DNA of 64,000 nucleotides from Candidatus Solibacter sp. (GTDB lineage Bacteria; Acidobacteriota; Terriglobia; Bryobacterales; Bryobacteraceae). Shown piece after piece: positions 1-8,889 of this stretch. Within the stretch, counting starts at the first letter, position 1, and each line of letters begins with the position of its first letter. The position numbers were made by a program, and so were the translations under genes. The stretch lies in contig JBEKDV010000001.1 in NCBI GenBank assembly GCA_050014175.1, forward strand, positions 19,265-83,264. The letters are read 5' to 3'. The notes beneath the pieces are model-generated. The model ran no database searches. It was not told where the DNA came from and saw nothing but the letters and a program-made list of their open reading frames with translations.

Positions 1-43
1 CTTTCAGGGCCTGCATCGCACGAGGAAGGTAGTCAATGTTCAT
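1..43 (-). CDS. Partial N-terminus (MNIDYLPRAMQALK...) of a probable RelE/ParE-type toxin; continues beyond the window
   Basis: ATG at 41-43 overlaps the stop of the upstream AbrB-type antitoxin gene (ATGA). The N-terminal pattern resembles ParE/RelE toxins, but only 14 codons are visible. Confidence 0.3.
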   Translation of the reverse strand, partial: MNIDYLPRAMQALK

Positions 44-387
44 CGAGCGCGTTTGGTTTTCTTTGCGGCGGCTCTTTGCTTCAGTTGACCTTTCATGTGC
101 GCGATCATTTCCTCCGCGGTGCTAAACGGTCCGTAGCCGCGGCCGTTCTTCAGCTCTTCTTCCGATTCATCGAGCCGGGCATCGATGATGCGCCGCTGGG
201 CCGGGGTATATTCGTCGTCGGCGTTCGGGAATCGGGAGCGATCAATCACCAACCTCGGGGTGATCACAATTTTGCCGCGCTGGAAGGCAAAATTCACCAG
301 GTCGCCCTTGGACAGCCCGGCCTGGCGCCGGACGCTGGTGGGAATGGTCACCTGGCCTTTGTGCTGGATTTTGGCTGTGGTGTTCAT
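40..387 (-). CDS. AbrB/SpoVT-fold antitoxin
   Basis: KGQVTIPTSVRRQAGLSKGDLVNFAFQRGKIVITP is a SpoVT-AbrB swapped-hairpin motif. The internal ATG at 387 (MNTTAKIQ) is the more plausible start than 450. A 4-nt overlap links it to the downstream gene. Confidence 0.75.
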   Translation of the reverse strand: MNTTAKIQHKGQVTIPTSVRRQAGLSKGDLVNFAFQRGKIVITPRLVIDRSRFPNADDEYTPAQRRIIDARLDESEEELKNGRGYGPFSTAEEMIAHMKGQLKQRAAAKKTKRAR

Positions 388-812
388 AAGAATATGCCTC
401 AGACAAATTCCGGAAGTCCGGAATCCAGTCTTCTGCCTGTAGCATAGCAAATGGGCGCAGCCTGCCAGTCAGGAGAGGCGGCGGGTGCGGTTGGCGCCAG
501 GTCGTCAGGGTTAACAGGAGCCCAGGATCGCAGCGACTTCTTCGGGGTTTCAAAAAGATCTCTCGTGGGAAAGTGCTTCTCGTCCATTGCGAGTCCCGCC
601 GGCCCGGTTTCCAGAAACGGCGTTTACCAATAATCAACACTCAGTGGCCGCGAAGTCGATGGCCAAAACTGCATTCAGCTTATAGACCTCCACATCATCA
701 TCCATCCGGACTTGGCCCGCCCGAACTTTGTGAAAGCGGACAGTGCAGATGCTATCGCTCACTTCGAGATTGGGATCAGGCAACTGGGCATCAACGATGA
801 TCCTGAAAACGC

Positions 813-842
813 CAGTCGCAATTGATCCAGTCGCAATTGATC
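813..842. repeat. Perfect 15-bp tandem duplication (cagtcgcaattgatc x2)
   Basis: Read directly from the sequence, in a lower-GC non-coding patch. Confidence 0.85.
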
Positions 843-877
843 GCAGCAGTGCGTCGCGTTATCGTCCTTTGAGGTTT

Positions 878-1585
878 TTATTTACCGGTGAGTGGTTTGT
901 TCGTGAATAACTGAATGAGTTGATCTTTACTCAGGCCGACCAACGTTGACTGACCACGGTCAGCTCTGTCTTTTTCTAAAGAGGAGTTAGGCCTAGTAAT
1001 TCCATCTGAAAGATCCCAGGTTTTATCGAGCGTGTAAAACTGGCCGTTATTCTTATAGTTCAGAATTGCCAAATAGGTGCCGTTGGGCTGGATCGAATAC
1101 GCGCGCGGCTGAGTCAAGAAGGATATGATCTGGCCGTCCGATTTACGAACGGTTCCCCCGGCCAGCGCAACGGTGACGGTTGTTCCTGGGAGCACCAGCG
1201 CGGGGCCTTTATCAAAGACCGTATCGGCCTGAAACTGTACTTCCGTATAAACGGAGAGACCTGAAGCGGAGAGGAGACTTCGGCTGGTCTTGAACGTCCC
1301 AATTACAACGGCGCGATTCGGGAAGGTGGGGATCTCTGGGTCAGTCGGGGAGTGGGACCCTTCTGAAACGACCGTAGCGGAGCCGTTGTCAGAAGTAAGG
1401 GGGTGGCCTTTCCGAAACGGTGCGTCAAAAAAAGAATCACGGTCATGTCGGAGAGGAGCGGGCACATCGTCCGCTGAGGGCAGAGTTGTTGGAGTTTTCA
1501 TCCAGGCATTGGCTGGAGATGGAGTGGGGGTCTGCCCCAGAAGAGAGGCGGAAAGCAGGACAAGAAGGAAAGCAAATCGTTTCAC
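878..1585 (-). CDS. Secreted hypothetical protein
   Basis: 235-aa ORF with an N-terminal signal peptide (MKRFAFLLVLLSASLLGQ). No family recognised. Confidence 0.65.
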   Translation of the reverse strand: MKRFAFLLVLLSASLLGQTPTPSPANAWMKTPTTLPSADDVPAPLRHDRDSFFDAPFRKGHPLTSDNGSATVVSEGSHSPTDPEIPTFPNRAVVIGTFKTSRSLLSASGLSVYTEVQFQADTVFDKGPALVLPGTTVTVALAGGTVRKSDGQIISFLTQPRAYSIQPNGTYLAILNYKNNGQFYTLDKTWDLSDGITRPNSSLEKDRADRGQSTLVGLSKDQLIQLFTNKPLTGK

Positions 1586-1603
1586 ACTAACTCCTCAAGA
1601 AAG

Positions 1604-2089
1604 CTAGCAGTCAACAGCGTTACATGTACGAGTATCTGGGAACTGAAGCTCGTACACAATGGCCGCCAGGACAGTCGGATAGTACCGGCTGCATTCAAAT
1701 CCAGTCTCGTCGTCCTGGTTGTCAACGCGAAGACGACGAGCGGACCAGATCGTGCCACTCTCGAATTCCCTCGGTACAACGCATCCGTCCACTTCCTTGA
1801 ATCCATCCCGAAGGCTGGCGAAGAGGACCGATGGACACGGAACCGAGACACGCTCTGGGGACTCCGCATTCGCGCCGAGAACCGCCTTCATCCTGCTGTT
1901 CGCCCGCACCTTCATACGCTTACAGCATATTTCCAATCGCAAAGGAACGTGAAGTTTGGGGAAAGAACCCCGGTCGCGGGGAGATCCCGCCGGGATGAAG
2001 TCCACAAAGGCCGCGCTTCGACCACAACGCGGAACCGCAATGTCCAGGGTGTACGGCGGGACTACTTCCGCGATGGTGAATCGGATCAA
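1604..2089 (-). CDS. Hypothetical protein (weak call)
   Basis: 161-aa ORF 30 nt downstream of the HigA-like gene on the same strand. Lower GC, no recognisable motifs. Confidence 0.3.
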   Translation of the reverse strand: MIRFTIAEVVPPYTLDIAVPRCGRSAAFVDFIPAGSPRDRGSFPKLHVPLRLEICCKRMKVRANSRMKAVLGANAESPERVSVPCPSVLFASLRDGFKEVDGCVVPREFESGTIWSARRLRVDNQDDETGFECSRYYPTVLAAIVYELQFPDTRTCNAVDC

Positions 2090-2118
2090 TCCCGGCTGTT
2101 AGCTGCGCCGTGCGCACG

Positions 2119-2430
2119 CTATTCACTGGCGAGTGCCCGGCGCACGGCGGCGGGTGCTTTGGCGATGACGGTCAGGTAAGCCCGGGCGGCCGAGTCTGGC
2201 TGCCGGCCGCCTTGCTCCCACTCCTGCAATGCGCGTTTGCTGATGCGGTAGGCCCGTGAGAATTCGGCCTGCGACATTTTCACCCTCTTGCGAACGGCCT
2301 TCACATCGATCGGCTTCGGCCAAACCTGCTCCAGTTCGATTTTGCCGCGCTGGTGAGCCAGGACCAGTTTCATATCCTCGATCAGGTCCGCTCCGAGGGT
2401 TGTCTTCTTCGGCTGCGTTTTCTTTGGCAT
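2119..2430 (-). CDS. XRE-family HTH antitoxin (HigA/MqsA-like)
   Basis: KAVRKRVKMSQAEFSRAYRISKRALQEWEQGGRQP is a classic XRE HTH. It lies 1 nt downstream of the toxin gene. Confidence 0.8.
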   Translation of the reverse strand: MPKKTQPKKTTLGADLIEDMKLVLAHQRGKIELEQVWPKPIDVKAVRKRVKMSQAEFSRAYRISKRALQEWEQGGRQPDSAARAYLTVIAKAPAAVRRALASE

Positions 2431-2431
2431 T

Positions 2432-2839
2432 CTATTGCGCTCCCTTCAGATGAGCCGCTATTTGCCGCAGTGCTTTCTTTTCGTCCGCGGCCAGATCCGT
2501 TTTGACATTCTTCGCATAACAACGGAGCAGGTAAACTCTTGCGGCGATCACGATATACAGGTAGAGGATTCGCGCGCCGCCGCGTTTCCCCTTGCCCTTC
2601 GCCGCCCACCGCAACTTCCGCGCTCCGCCGGCGCCCGGTATCACGTCTCCGGCATCCGGATGGTCAACCAGGTAGACTGCCACCGCTTCAATGCCGTCCG
2701 TGCCGATCAGGGCCGTGGCCTCAGCCTTGAACTTCGGCAATTGCAGAACCGTGATTTCGGTCTCATCGGCCACTATTCGAAGTATACCGCAATGCGGTAC
2801 AGTATTGGACAGGCGGTAGACAGCGGGAAAGAAAAGCAC
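2432..2839 (-). CDS. RelE/HigB-like addiction-module toxin
   Basis: GGARKLRWAAKGKGKRGGARILYLY...LLRCYAKNVKTDL matches the RelE-like killer-protein core. Toxin-first order with an HTH antitoxin. The exact start is uncertain. Confidence 0.7.
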   Translation of the reverse strand: MLFFPAVYRLSNTVPHCGILRIVADETEITVLQLPKFKAEATALIGTDGIEAVAVYLVDHPDAGDVIPGAGGARKLRWAAKGKGKRGGARILYLYIVIAARVYLLRCYAKNVKTDLAADEKKALRQIAAHLKGAQ

Positions 2840-2888
2840 CCTATCGCTCCGCCGATGCTGCCGCCGCCAGCTGGCACCAACCGCAGAT

Positions 2889-4343
2889 CTACCCCACTTC
2901 CATCACTACGTTCCACAGGTACTCGATCAGGGCCATGAGGGAGCGGATGGAGAGGTGCTCGTCGTCGCCGTGGGCGCCGCCGAGGGGCCCTTCGTCGGGC
3001 GTCACGAGGGGGCCGGTGCCGTAGGCTTCGACGCCTTTGGCGCGGAGCTGTGCGTTGTCGGTGGCGCCGGTCATCATGTTGGGCAGGGTCGGCACGTCGA
3101 ACATGCGGCGGCCCACCTTTTCGAAGGCGCGGAAGAGGTCGCTATCGATGCGCGAGGGCGGAGCTACCGGGCGCGCGTTAGTCTTGGGCGGGATCACCTC
3201 GACGGACGCGTCGCCGATGACGCGACGGAGCTCGGCGGCGAACGCCGTCATGTCCTCGTCGGGGAGGGCGCGCACGTCGAGCATGGCTTCACCTTCCGAT
3301 GGGATGACATTGGCACGGAAACCGATATTGACGATGGTGGGCACAACGGAGGTGCGCAGGATGGAGTAGTGGCCGGGCTCGGTCTGGCGGAAGTAGGCGT
3401 CGGCCTCGGGCGCGCGGGCGGGGTCGAGGATGTCGCGATAGCGCGCCGCCAGTTGGGGCGGGGAGATCTCGGCCAGGCGCTCGAAATAGGTGCGCGTGGT
3501 TTCGCCGAGGCGCATCGGGGTCTGCCAGGTGCCGGCGCGCGCCACGGCCTCGGCCAGGTGCACGACGGCGTTGGCCATCTCGGGGCGGGAGCCGTGACCG
3601 GCGGGTCCGTGGGCCACCAGGCGAATGCGCTGCGGCGATTTCTCGGTGCTGGAGATCAGCACGTGGTGCGGCTTGCCGTTCTCTTCCACGATGGATCCGC
3701 CCTCGGCGATGGCGAACTCGGCAGCGATCTCCGCCCAGTGCTCCTGCACCATGTAATCGATGCCGTAGGTGCTGGTGCCCTCTTCGCCGGCTTCGGCCAG
3801 GAAGATCACGTCGCGGTCCAGGTGAATGTTCATGCGCTTCAACAGCAGCAGGATCATGATGCCGGCCACGACGTGCGGCTTATCGTCGCGCGCGCCGCGG
3901 GCGTAGATCACCCCGTCTTTGTTAAGGGCGCCGAAGGGGTCCACGGTCCACTTCTCGCGCTGCACGCCGACCACATCGGTGTGCCCCATGATGAGGATCG
4001 GCTGCTTTTTCCCCGTGCCCTTGATGCGCGCCACGAGGTTGGCGCGGGCGGGATCGAGGGCAAACGAGCGGCACGGGATGCCTTCCCGTTCCAGGATGGT
4101 CCGGATGGCGTTGGCGGCCCGGGTTTCATTGCCGGGGGGATTGCTGGTATCGATTTTGAGCAGCGTGGTGAAGTCGGCGAGGATCTCCGGTTCGAGCTTG
4201 CGCCACGCCACCGGGTAGCGATCCTGGGCGAAAGCAGTGGCGGCCAGGAGCAGACAGCAGGCGGGAAATCTGATAGAGGTTGGCAGGCGGACCCAGAGGG
4301 TACCCCGCCTGCCCCACCGGAATGTACAAACGCCAGACGTCAT
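2889..4343 (-). CDS. Exported M20-family metallopeptidase (ArgE/DapE/CPG2-like)
   Basis: [11 protein letters not shown]...[16 protein letters not shown] and FLAEAGEEG are M20 metal-site motifs. A hydrophobic signal-like N-terminus is present. ATGA overlap with the upstream gene. The first 20 codons overlap a REP copy. Confidence 0.85.
   Translation of the reverse strand: MTSGVCTFRWGRRGTLWVRLPTSIRFPACCLLLAATAFAQDRYPVAWRKLEPEILADFTTLLKIDTSNPPGNETRAANAIRTILEREGIPCRSFALDPARANLVARIKGTGKKQPILIMGHTDVVGVQREKWTVDPFGALNKDGVIYARGARDDKPHVVAGIMILLLLKRMNIHLDRDVIFLAEAGEEGTSTYGIDYMVQEHWAEIAAEFAIAEGGSIVEENGKPHHVLISSTEKSPQRIRLVAHGPAGHGSRPEMANAVVHLAEAVARAGTWQTPMRLGETTRTYFERLAEISPPQLAARYRDILDPARAPEADAYFRQTEPGHYSILRTSVVPTIVNIGFRANVIPSEGEAMLDVRALPDEDMTAFAAELRRVIGDASVEVIPPKTNARPVAPPSRIDSDLFRAFEKVGRRMFDVPTLPNMMTGATDNAQLRAKGVEAYGTGPLVTPDEGPLGGAHGDDEHLSIRSLMALIEYLWNVVMEVG
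4280..4318. repeat. REP-like palindromic element, family C (ttggcaggcggacccagagggtaccccgcctgccccacc)
   Basis: Identical 39-mer recurs at 28941-28979. Stem GGCAGGCGG/CCGCCTGCC. Confidence 0.9.
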
Positions 4344-5881
4344 AGAGGTATGTTGCCATGCTTTTTGCGCGGCATCGTGTCCACTTTATTTTCGAGCATG
4401 CGCAGGGCGCGGATGACGCGCGGGCGGGTTTCGCGGGGCTCTATACAATCGTCAACGTAGCCCCGCTCGGCGGCGATGAAAGGGTTGGCGAAGCGCTCGC
4501 GGAATTCGTCCACCTTCTGCCGGCGCACGGCCGCCTCATCGCCGGCGGCGGCGAGTTCGCGGCGGTAGACGATGTTGACCGCGCCTTCGGGCCCCATGAC
4601 GGCGATCTCGGCGGTGGGCCAGGCCAGATTGATGTCGGTGCGCAGATGTTTGGAGCCCATCACGCAATAGGCGCCGCCATAGGCCTTGCGCGTGATCACG
4701 GTGATTTTGGGGACGGTGGCTTCGGCATAGGCGTAGAGCAATTTCGCGCCGTGACGGATGATGCCGCCGAACTCCTGCCCGGTGCCGGGCAAGAAGCCGG
4801 GCACATCCTCGAAGGTGAGGATGGGGATGTTGAAGGCGTCGCAGAAGCGGACGAAGCGGGCGCCTTTGACGGAGGAATCGATATCCAGCACGCCGGCCAG
4901 GAAAGCAGGCTGGTTGCCCACGATGCCGACGGAGCGCCCGTCCATGTGCGCGAATCCGACCACGATGTTCTTGGCCCAATGCTCGTGGACCTCGAAGAAT
5001 TCGCCATCGTCCACCACGCGATGGATCACGTCTTTAATGTCATAAGGCAGGTTGGATTCCGCCGGGACGATGGTGTCGAGGGCGGCGTCCATGCGTTCGA
5101 TGGGATCGTTGGTGGGCCGGCGCGGCGGGTTTTCGCGGTTGTTTTGCGGCAGGTAGGTGAGGAGCTCGCGGATCATGCGGCAGCACTCGGCATCGTCGGC
5201 GGCGATGAAATGGCCTACGCCGGAGACCGAGTTATGGGTCATGGAACCGCCCAGGGTTTCCTTGGTGACGTCCTCATGGGTCACGGTCTTGATGACGTCG
5301 GGACCGGTGACGAACATGTAGCTGGTGCCCTCCACCATGAAGACGAAATCGGTGATGGCGGGCGAGTAGACCGCGCCGCCGGCACAAGGGCCCATGATGG
5401 CGGAGATCTGCGGCACTACTCCACTGGCCAGCGTGTTGCGCAGGAAGATATCGGCGTAGCCGGCGAGAGAAACCACGCCTTCCTGGATGCGCGCGCCGCC
5501 GGAATCGTTGAGGCCGATGACAGGCGCGCCGGTTTTCAGGGCGAGATCCATGATCTTGCAGATCTTCTGCGCATTGGTTTCGGAGAGGGAGCCGCCGAAG
5601 ACGGTGAAATCCTGCGCGAAGACGTAGACCAGGCGGCCGTCCACGCGGCCGTAGCCGGTGACGAAGCCGTCGCCGGGGACTATTGCGGCGTCCATGCCGA
5701 AATCGCGGCAGCGGTGGGTGACGAGCTTGTCGAGTTCCTCGAAGGAGTTCTCGTCGAGCAGGAGCTCGATGCGCTCGCGGGCGCTGAGTTTGCCCTCCTG
5801 GTGCTGGCGGGCGCGGCGCTCAGGGCCCCCACCCTGCTCGGCGGCTTCGTGGCGGAGGCGTAATGCTTCGAGGCGGTTCAT
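4340..5881 (-). CDS. Acyl-CoA carboxylase carboxyltransferase beta subunit (propionyl-CoA carboxylase / methylmalonyl-CoA carboxyltransferase type)
   Basis: 513 aa. The N-terminal region ([14 protein letters not shown]), [13 protein letters not shown] and [12 protein letters not shown] are typical of the carboxyl_transferase family. Confidence 0.9.
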   Translation of the reverse strand: MNRLEALRLRHEAAEQGGGPERRARQHQEGKLSARERIELLLDENSFEELDKLVTHRCRDFGMDAAIVPGDGFVTGYGRVDGRLVYVFAQDFTVFGGSLSETNAQKICKIMDLALKTGAPVIGLNDSGGARIQEGVVSLAGYADIFLRNTLASGVVPQISAIMGPCAGGAVYSPAITDFVFMVEGTSYMFVTGPDVIKTVTHEDVTKETLGGSMTHNSVSGVGHFIAADDAECCRMIRELLTYLPQNNRENPPRRPTNDPIERMDAALDTIVPAESNLPYDIKDVIHRVVDDGEFFEVHEHWAKNIVVGFAHMDGRSVGIVGNQPAFLAGVLDIDSSVKGARFVRFCDAFNIPILTFEDVPGFLPGTGQEFGGIIRHGAKLLYAYAEATVPKITVITRKAYGGAYCVMGSKHLRTDINLAWPTAEIAVMGPEGAVNIVYRRELAAAGDEAAVRRQKVDEFRERFANPFIAAERGYVDDCIEPRETRPRVIRALRMLENKVDTMPRKKHGNIPL

Positions 5882-5941
5882 TGGGTTTTATTGTACTGGG
5901 ATTCGGGGGGACGGAGGCGGGAACGCGAGAAAAAACAATTA

Positions 5942-6014
5942 GCCGCCGATGAACGCCGATGAACGCGGATAAGACCGATTGTCTTCGATCGGCGCACTCC
6001 GCGCTTATCGGCGG
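5942..6014. repeat. REP-like palindrome, family A (GCCGCCGATGAACGCCGATGAAC... arms; right arm degenerate)
   Basis: Shares its arms with the copies at 29623-29699 and 42722-42794. Confidence 0.8.
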
Positions 6015-6155
6015 CTCATAGTGATCCTTCGCAGATTCCGACGGTAGCGGGCCTGCCCCAATTCGTTAAGCACTCAGCCTCTTCCGCTCCGGCTTTGGGG
6101 TGGGGTATGCTAGACGATAATTCGGTTATTTGTGGATGACAGGAGGGAAAAAGAG

Positions 6156-7271
6156 ATGAGCCAAGTACGAGTTCTGGTGGGCACCAGGAAGGGCGCGTTC
6201 GTGCTGACATCGGACGGCAAGCGGGAACGGTGGGATGTCGCCGGCCCGCACTTTGGAGGATGGGAAATTTACCATGTAAAGGGATCGGCGGCCGATCCGA
6301 ACCGGCTGTATGCATCGCAATCCAGCGGCTGGTTCGGGCAGTTGATCCAACGCTCCAACGATGGAGGCAAGACGTGGGGGCCGGTGGGGAATAAGTTCGC
6401 CTATGAGGGGGAGATCGGCACGCACCAGTGGTACGACGGCACGGCGCACCCGTGGGAGTTCAAGCGGGTCTGGCATCTGGAACCCTCGCTGACCGATCCG
6501 GACACGGTTTACGCCGGGGTGGAAGACGCCGCCTTGTTCCGCACGAGCGACGGCGGGCAGACGTGGCAGGAGCTGACGGGGCTGCGCGGCCACGGGTCGG
6601 GATCCCGCTGGCAGCCGGGCGCCGGCGGCATGTGCCTGCACACGATTCTGCTGGATCCGAGCGACCCGGCGCGGATTTTCGTGGCCATCTCTGCCGCGGG
6701 CGCGTTTCGTACCGACGACGGTGGTAAGACGTGGCGGCCGATCACACGCGGGCTGCGGAGCGAATTCCTCCCCGACCCGACGGCCGAGATCGGCCATTGC
6801 GTGCATCGCATCGCGCTGCACGGCTCGCGCCCGAACGTGTTGTTCATGCAGAAGCACTGGGACGTGATGCGCAGCGACGACGCGGGCGACTCCTGGCGCG
6901 AGGTGAGCGGGAATCTGCCCACGGACTTCGGGTTCGCGATCGACGTGCACGCGCACGAGCCCGAAACCGTCTACGTCGTCCCCATCAAGAGCGACTCGGA
7001 ACACTATCCGCCGGAGGGAAAGCTACGCGTGTACCGCAGCCGCACGGGCGGGCAGGAGTGGGAGGCGCTGACCAACGGCCTGCCGCAGAGCGATTGCTAC
7101 GTCAACGTGCTGCGCGACGCCATGGCGGTCGACGGGCTCGATTCGTGCGGCGTGTATTTCGGCACCACGGGCGGGCAGGTATACGCTTCGACCGATGCCG
7201 GAGACACTTGGGCGCCCATCGTGCGGGATCTTCCGGCCGTGGTGTCGGTGGAAGTGCAGACACTGCCATGA
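6156..7271 (+). CDS. Cytoplasmic BNR/Asp-box repeat beta-propeller protein (sialidase-fold)
   Basis: Six Asp-box-like motifs: [60 protein letters not shown] lies before the ATG at 6156. No signal peptide. Confidence 0.8.
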   Translation: MSQVRVLVGTRKGAFVLTSDGKRERWDVAGPHFGGWEIYHVKGSAADPNRLYASQSSGWFGQLIQRSNDGGKTWGPVGNKFAYEGEIGTHQWYDGTAHPWEFKRVWHLEPSLTDPDTVYAGVEDAALFRTSDGGQTWQELTGLRGHGSGSRWQPGAGGMCLHTILLDPSDPARIFVAISAAGAFRTDDGGKTWRPITRGLRSEFLPDPTAEIGHCVHRIALHGSRPNVLFMQKHWDVMRSDDAGDSWREVSGNLPTDFGFAIDVHAHEPETVYVVPIKSDSEHYPPEGKLRVYRSRTGGQEWEALTNGLPQSDCYVNVLRDAMAVDGLDSCGVYFGTTGGQVYASTDAGDTWAPIVRDLPAVVSVEVQTLP

Positions 7272-7564
7272 TCCGCGTCGAGTTGCCGGCGCACCTGCGG
7301 ATGCTGGCGCAGGTTAGCGGGGAGGTGCGGCTCGAGGTCGAGGGGGCGGTCACGCAGCGTTCGGTGCTGGACGCGCTCGAGGCCCGGTATCCCATGCTGC
7401 GCGGGACCATACGCGATCAGGTCACGCAGCAGCGCCGGCCGTTCGTGAGATTCTTCGCCTGCGAGCAGGATTTATCCCACGAACTGCCGGACGCTCCGTT
7501 GCCCGACGCGGTGGCGAATGGGGCGGAGCCCTTTCTGCTGGTGGGCGCCATCGCCGGCGGTTAG
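7268..7564 (+). CDS. MoaD/ThiS-family ubiquitin-like beta-grasp protein ending in Gly-Gly
   Basis: 98 aa: [11 protein letters not shown]...FFACEQDL...[13 protein letters not shown] start/stop overlap with the BNR gene. It is hidden inside a longer spurious ORF in the track. Confidence 0.75.
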   Translation: MIRVELPAHLRMLAQVSGEVRLEVEGAVTQRSVLDALEARYPMLRGTIRDQVTQQRRPFVRFFACEQDLSHELPDAPLPDAVANGAEPFLLVGAIAGG

Positions 7565-7658
7565 GAGGAAGAGCGAAAGAGTTCTTTGTGCTTCGGACGA
7601 CATCCGTGTTGGAACGGGCTGGAAAACCCGAAGCAGGAAGCGTCCGAGCTACGCTCGG

Positions 7659-7710
7659 ATTGACAGGCTGAAGCCTGCCCCACCATTGACAGGCTGAAGC
7701 CTGCCCCACC
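7659..7710. repeat. Perfect 26-bp tandem repeat x2 (attgacaggctgaagcctgccccacc) with a partial third unit
   Basis: Read directly. Each unit carries a CAGGC-tgaa-GCCTG hairpin. It sits between convergent genes. Confidence 0.9.
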
Positions 7711-7732
7711 AAAGCATTGACCGGCCGCGATT

Positions 7733-8869
7733 TCAGCGCACCAGCACGAATTTTCCGTCCGCCTGCAGGTAATACTTCCTTCCGCGCCAGAGGATGGTAT
7801 TGCCGAAGAAGCCGGCCAGCCACATGGCGAAGCTCAGCAGGTCCTGCAACGGAACCAGGAAGAAAAGGCGCGCCGTCAGCGGATCGCGCAGCACATAACC
7901 GGCGGTGGCCCAGCCCGCGGCGACGCGCAGCAGGAGCGTCGCGGCAGCGGCCGGCCACCACTGGGGACGCGCCGCCCAGAGCAGCAGCGCCAGCGGCAGC
8001 GGGTTGGTGAAAAGCTGTCCCACGTAGCCGGCGGGGCGGGAGCGGCGGGTGCTCCTGTTCCAGCGCAGACGATGCTTCAGATTGGCCCACAGCGGCTGCG
8101 CGCCGATGCGGTGCTCGATCACGTAGGAGGAGAGAATGACGCCGTCGCCGCGCGCCGCCGCGAGGTTGCCCATGACGAAATCCTCGGCCAGGAAATCCTT
8201 CACGGCGTCGAAGCCGCCGATGCCAAGGAGCGTGGCGCGGCGCGCCGCAATGGTGGGGCCGAGCGCGAACTTCATGCCATCGAGCAGGCGCGCCACCAGC
8301 ACGCCGCCGATGAATTCCGTGTTCAACCCCAGCGCCTCCAGGGTATTCCAGAAGCTGCGCCCCGGCACCGCGCGATAGGGACACGTGGCCAGCCCGATTC
8401 TGGCATCCTGAAATTCGGCGGCGATGACGGAAAGCATGTCGGGCGTCACGCGGATGTCGCTATCCGACATGACCAGGAGATCGTGGCGCGCCGCCGCCAG
8501 CATGCGGTCCAGGCTGTAGACTTTGGCGTTGGGATAGGGCGGCTCGCCGGTCACGATAAGGCGGGAAGGCACGTTTGGATAGCGCGCGCGCAGGCGCTGG
8601 GCCACCGGAATCGCCGCGTCATCGGGGTTGCGCACGGCGAGGAGGATTTCGAAATCGGGGTACTGCTGTGCGAAAAACGTGCGTAGATTTTCTTCCAGGC
8701 CGTCATCGATTCCAGCCAGCGGTTTGAGGATGCTGATGGGCGCGCCGGAGCGTAATGGCGCGGGGCGCACGGCACGGTAACGCACGGCGGCGACGATGGT
8801 GAGGACGCAGTAGACCGCCGCGCCCGTCACCGCGCCCACAACCGGGGCTAGCAGAAACCAGGGGAGCAC
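7733..8869 (-). CDS. GT2/GT21-type membrane glycosyltransferase (ceramide glucosyltransferase / HpnI-like)
   Basis: The pattern ISILKPLAGIDDGLEENL, MSDSDIRV and RLRWNRSTR, with flanking TM helices, fits the family. Confidence 0.7.
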   Translation of the reverse strand: MLPWFLLAPVVGAVTGAAVYCVLTIVAAVRYRAVRPAPLRSGAPISILKPLAGIDDGLEENLRTFFAQQYPDFEILLAVRNPDDAAIPVAQRLRARYPNVPSRLIVTGEPPYPNAKVYSLDRMLAAARHDLLVMSDSDIRVTPDMLSVIAAEFQDARIGLATCPYRAVPGRSFWNTLEALGLNTEFIGGVLVARLLDGMKFALGPTIAARRATLLGIGGFDAVKDFLAEDFVMGNLAAARGDGVILSSYVIEHRIGAQPLWANLKHRLRWNRSTRRSRPAGYVGQLFTNPLPLALLLWAARPQWWPAAAATLLLRVAAGWATAGYVLRDPLTARLFFLVPLQDLLSFAMWLAGFFGNTILWRGRKYYLQADGKFVLVR

Positions 8870-8889
8870 TTCTACACTGTAACAAGCTC

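Noticed and set aside
451-877. Track ORFs 451-633, 573-800, 242-640 and 399-587
   Set aside because: They overlap one another with no motifs. The region is more likely non-coding or a decayed remnant, described in the accessory-patch finding.
2955-4460. 501-aa plus-strand ORF, and similar long ORFs antisense to recognised genes (4358-5863 +, 15731-18259 -, 32264-33847 -, 34596-36074 +, 56866-59400 +, 10884-11945 +, 25276-26403 +, 29851-31203 +, 40790-42019 +, 46168-47688 +)
   Set aside because: These are shadow ORFs typical of high-GC DNA. They lie opposite genes with clear family motifs. Their translations are Arg/Gly/Ala/His-rich low-complexity sequence with no recognisable domains.
6132-6155. 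Upstream ATGs extending several genes: 6132 (BNR), 18981 (ABC transporter), 31305 (cysD), 32087 (cysN), 27595, 52420 (carD), 59478 (receptor), 450 (antitoxin)
   Set aside because: The internal starts have better RBS spacing, remove overlaps with neighbours, and match the expected family N-termini or signal peptides.
7659-7710. Possible CRISPR array or other tandem arrays (also 813-842 and 12118-12248)
   Set aside because: There are only two or three units with no unique spacers of CRISPR length and no cas genes. They are better explained as REP-like or tandem duplications.
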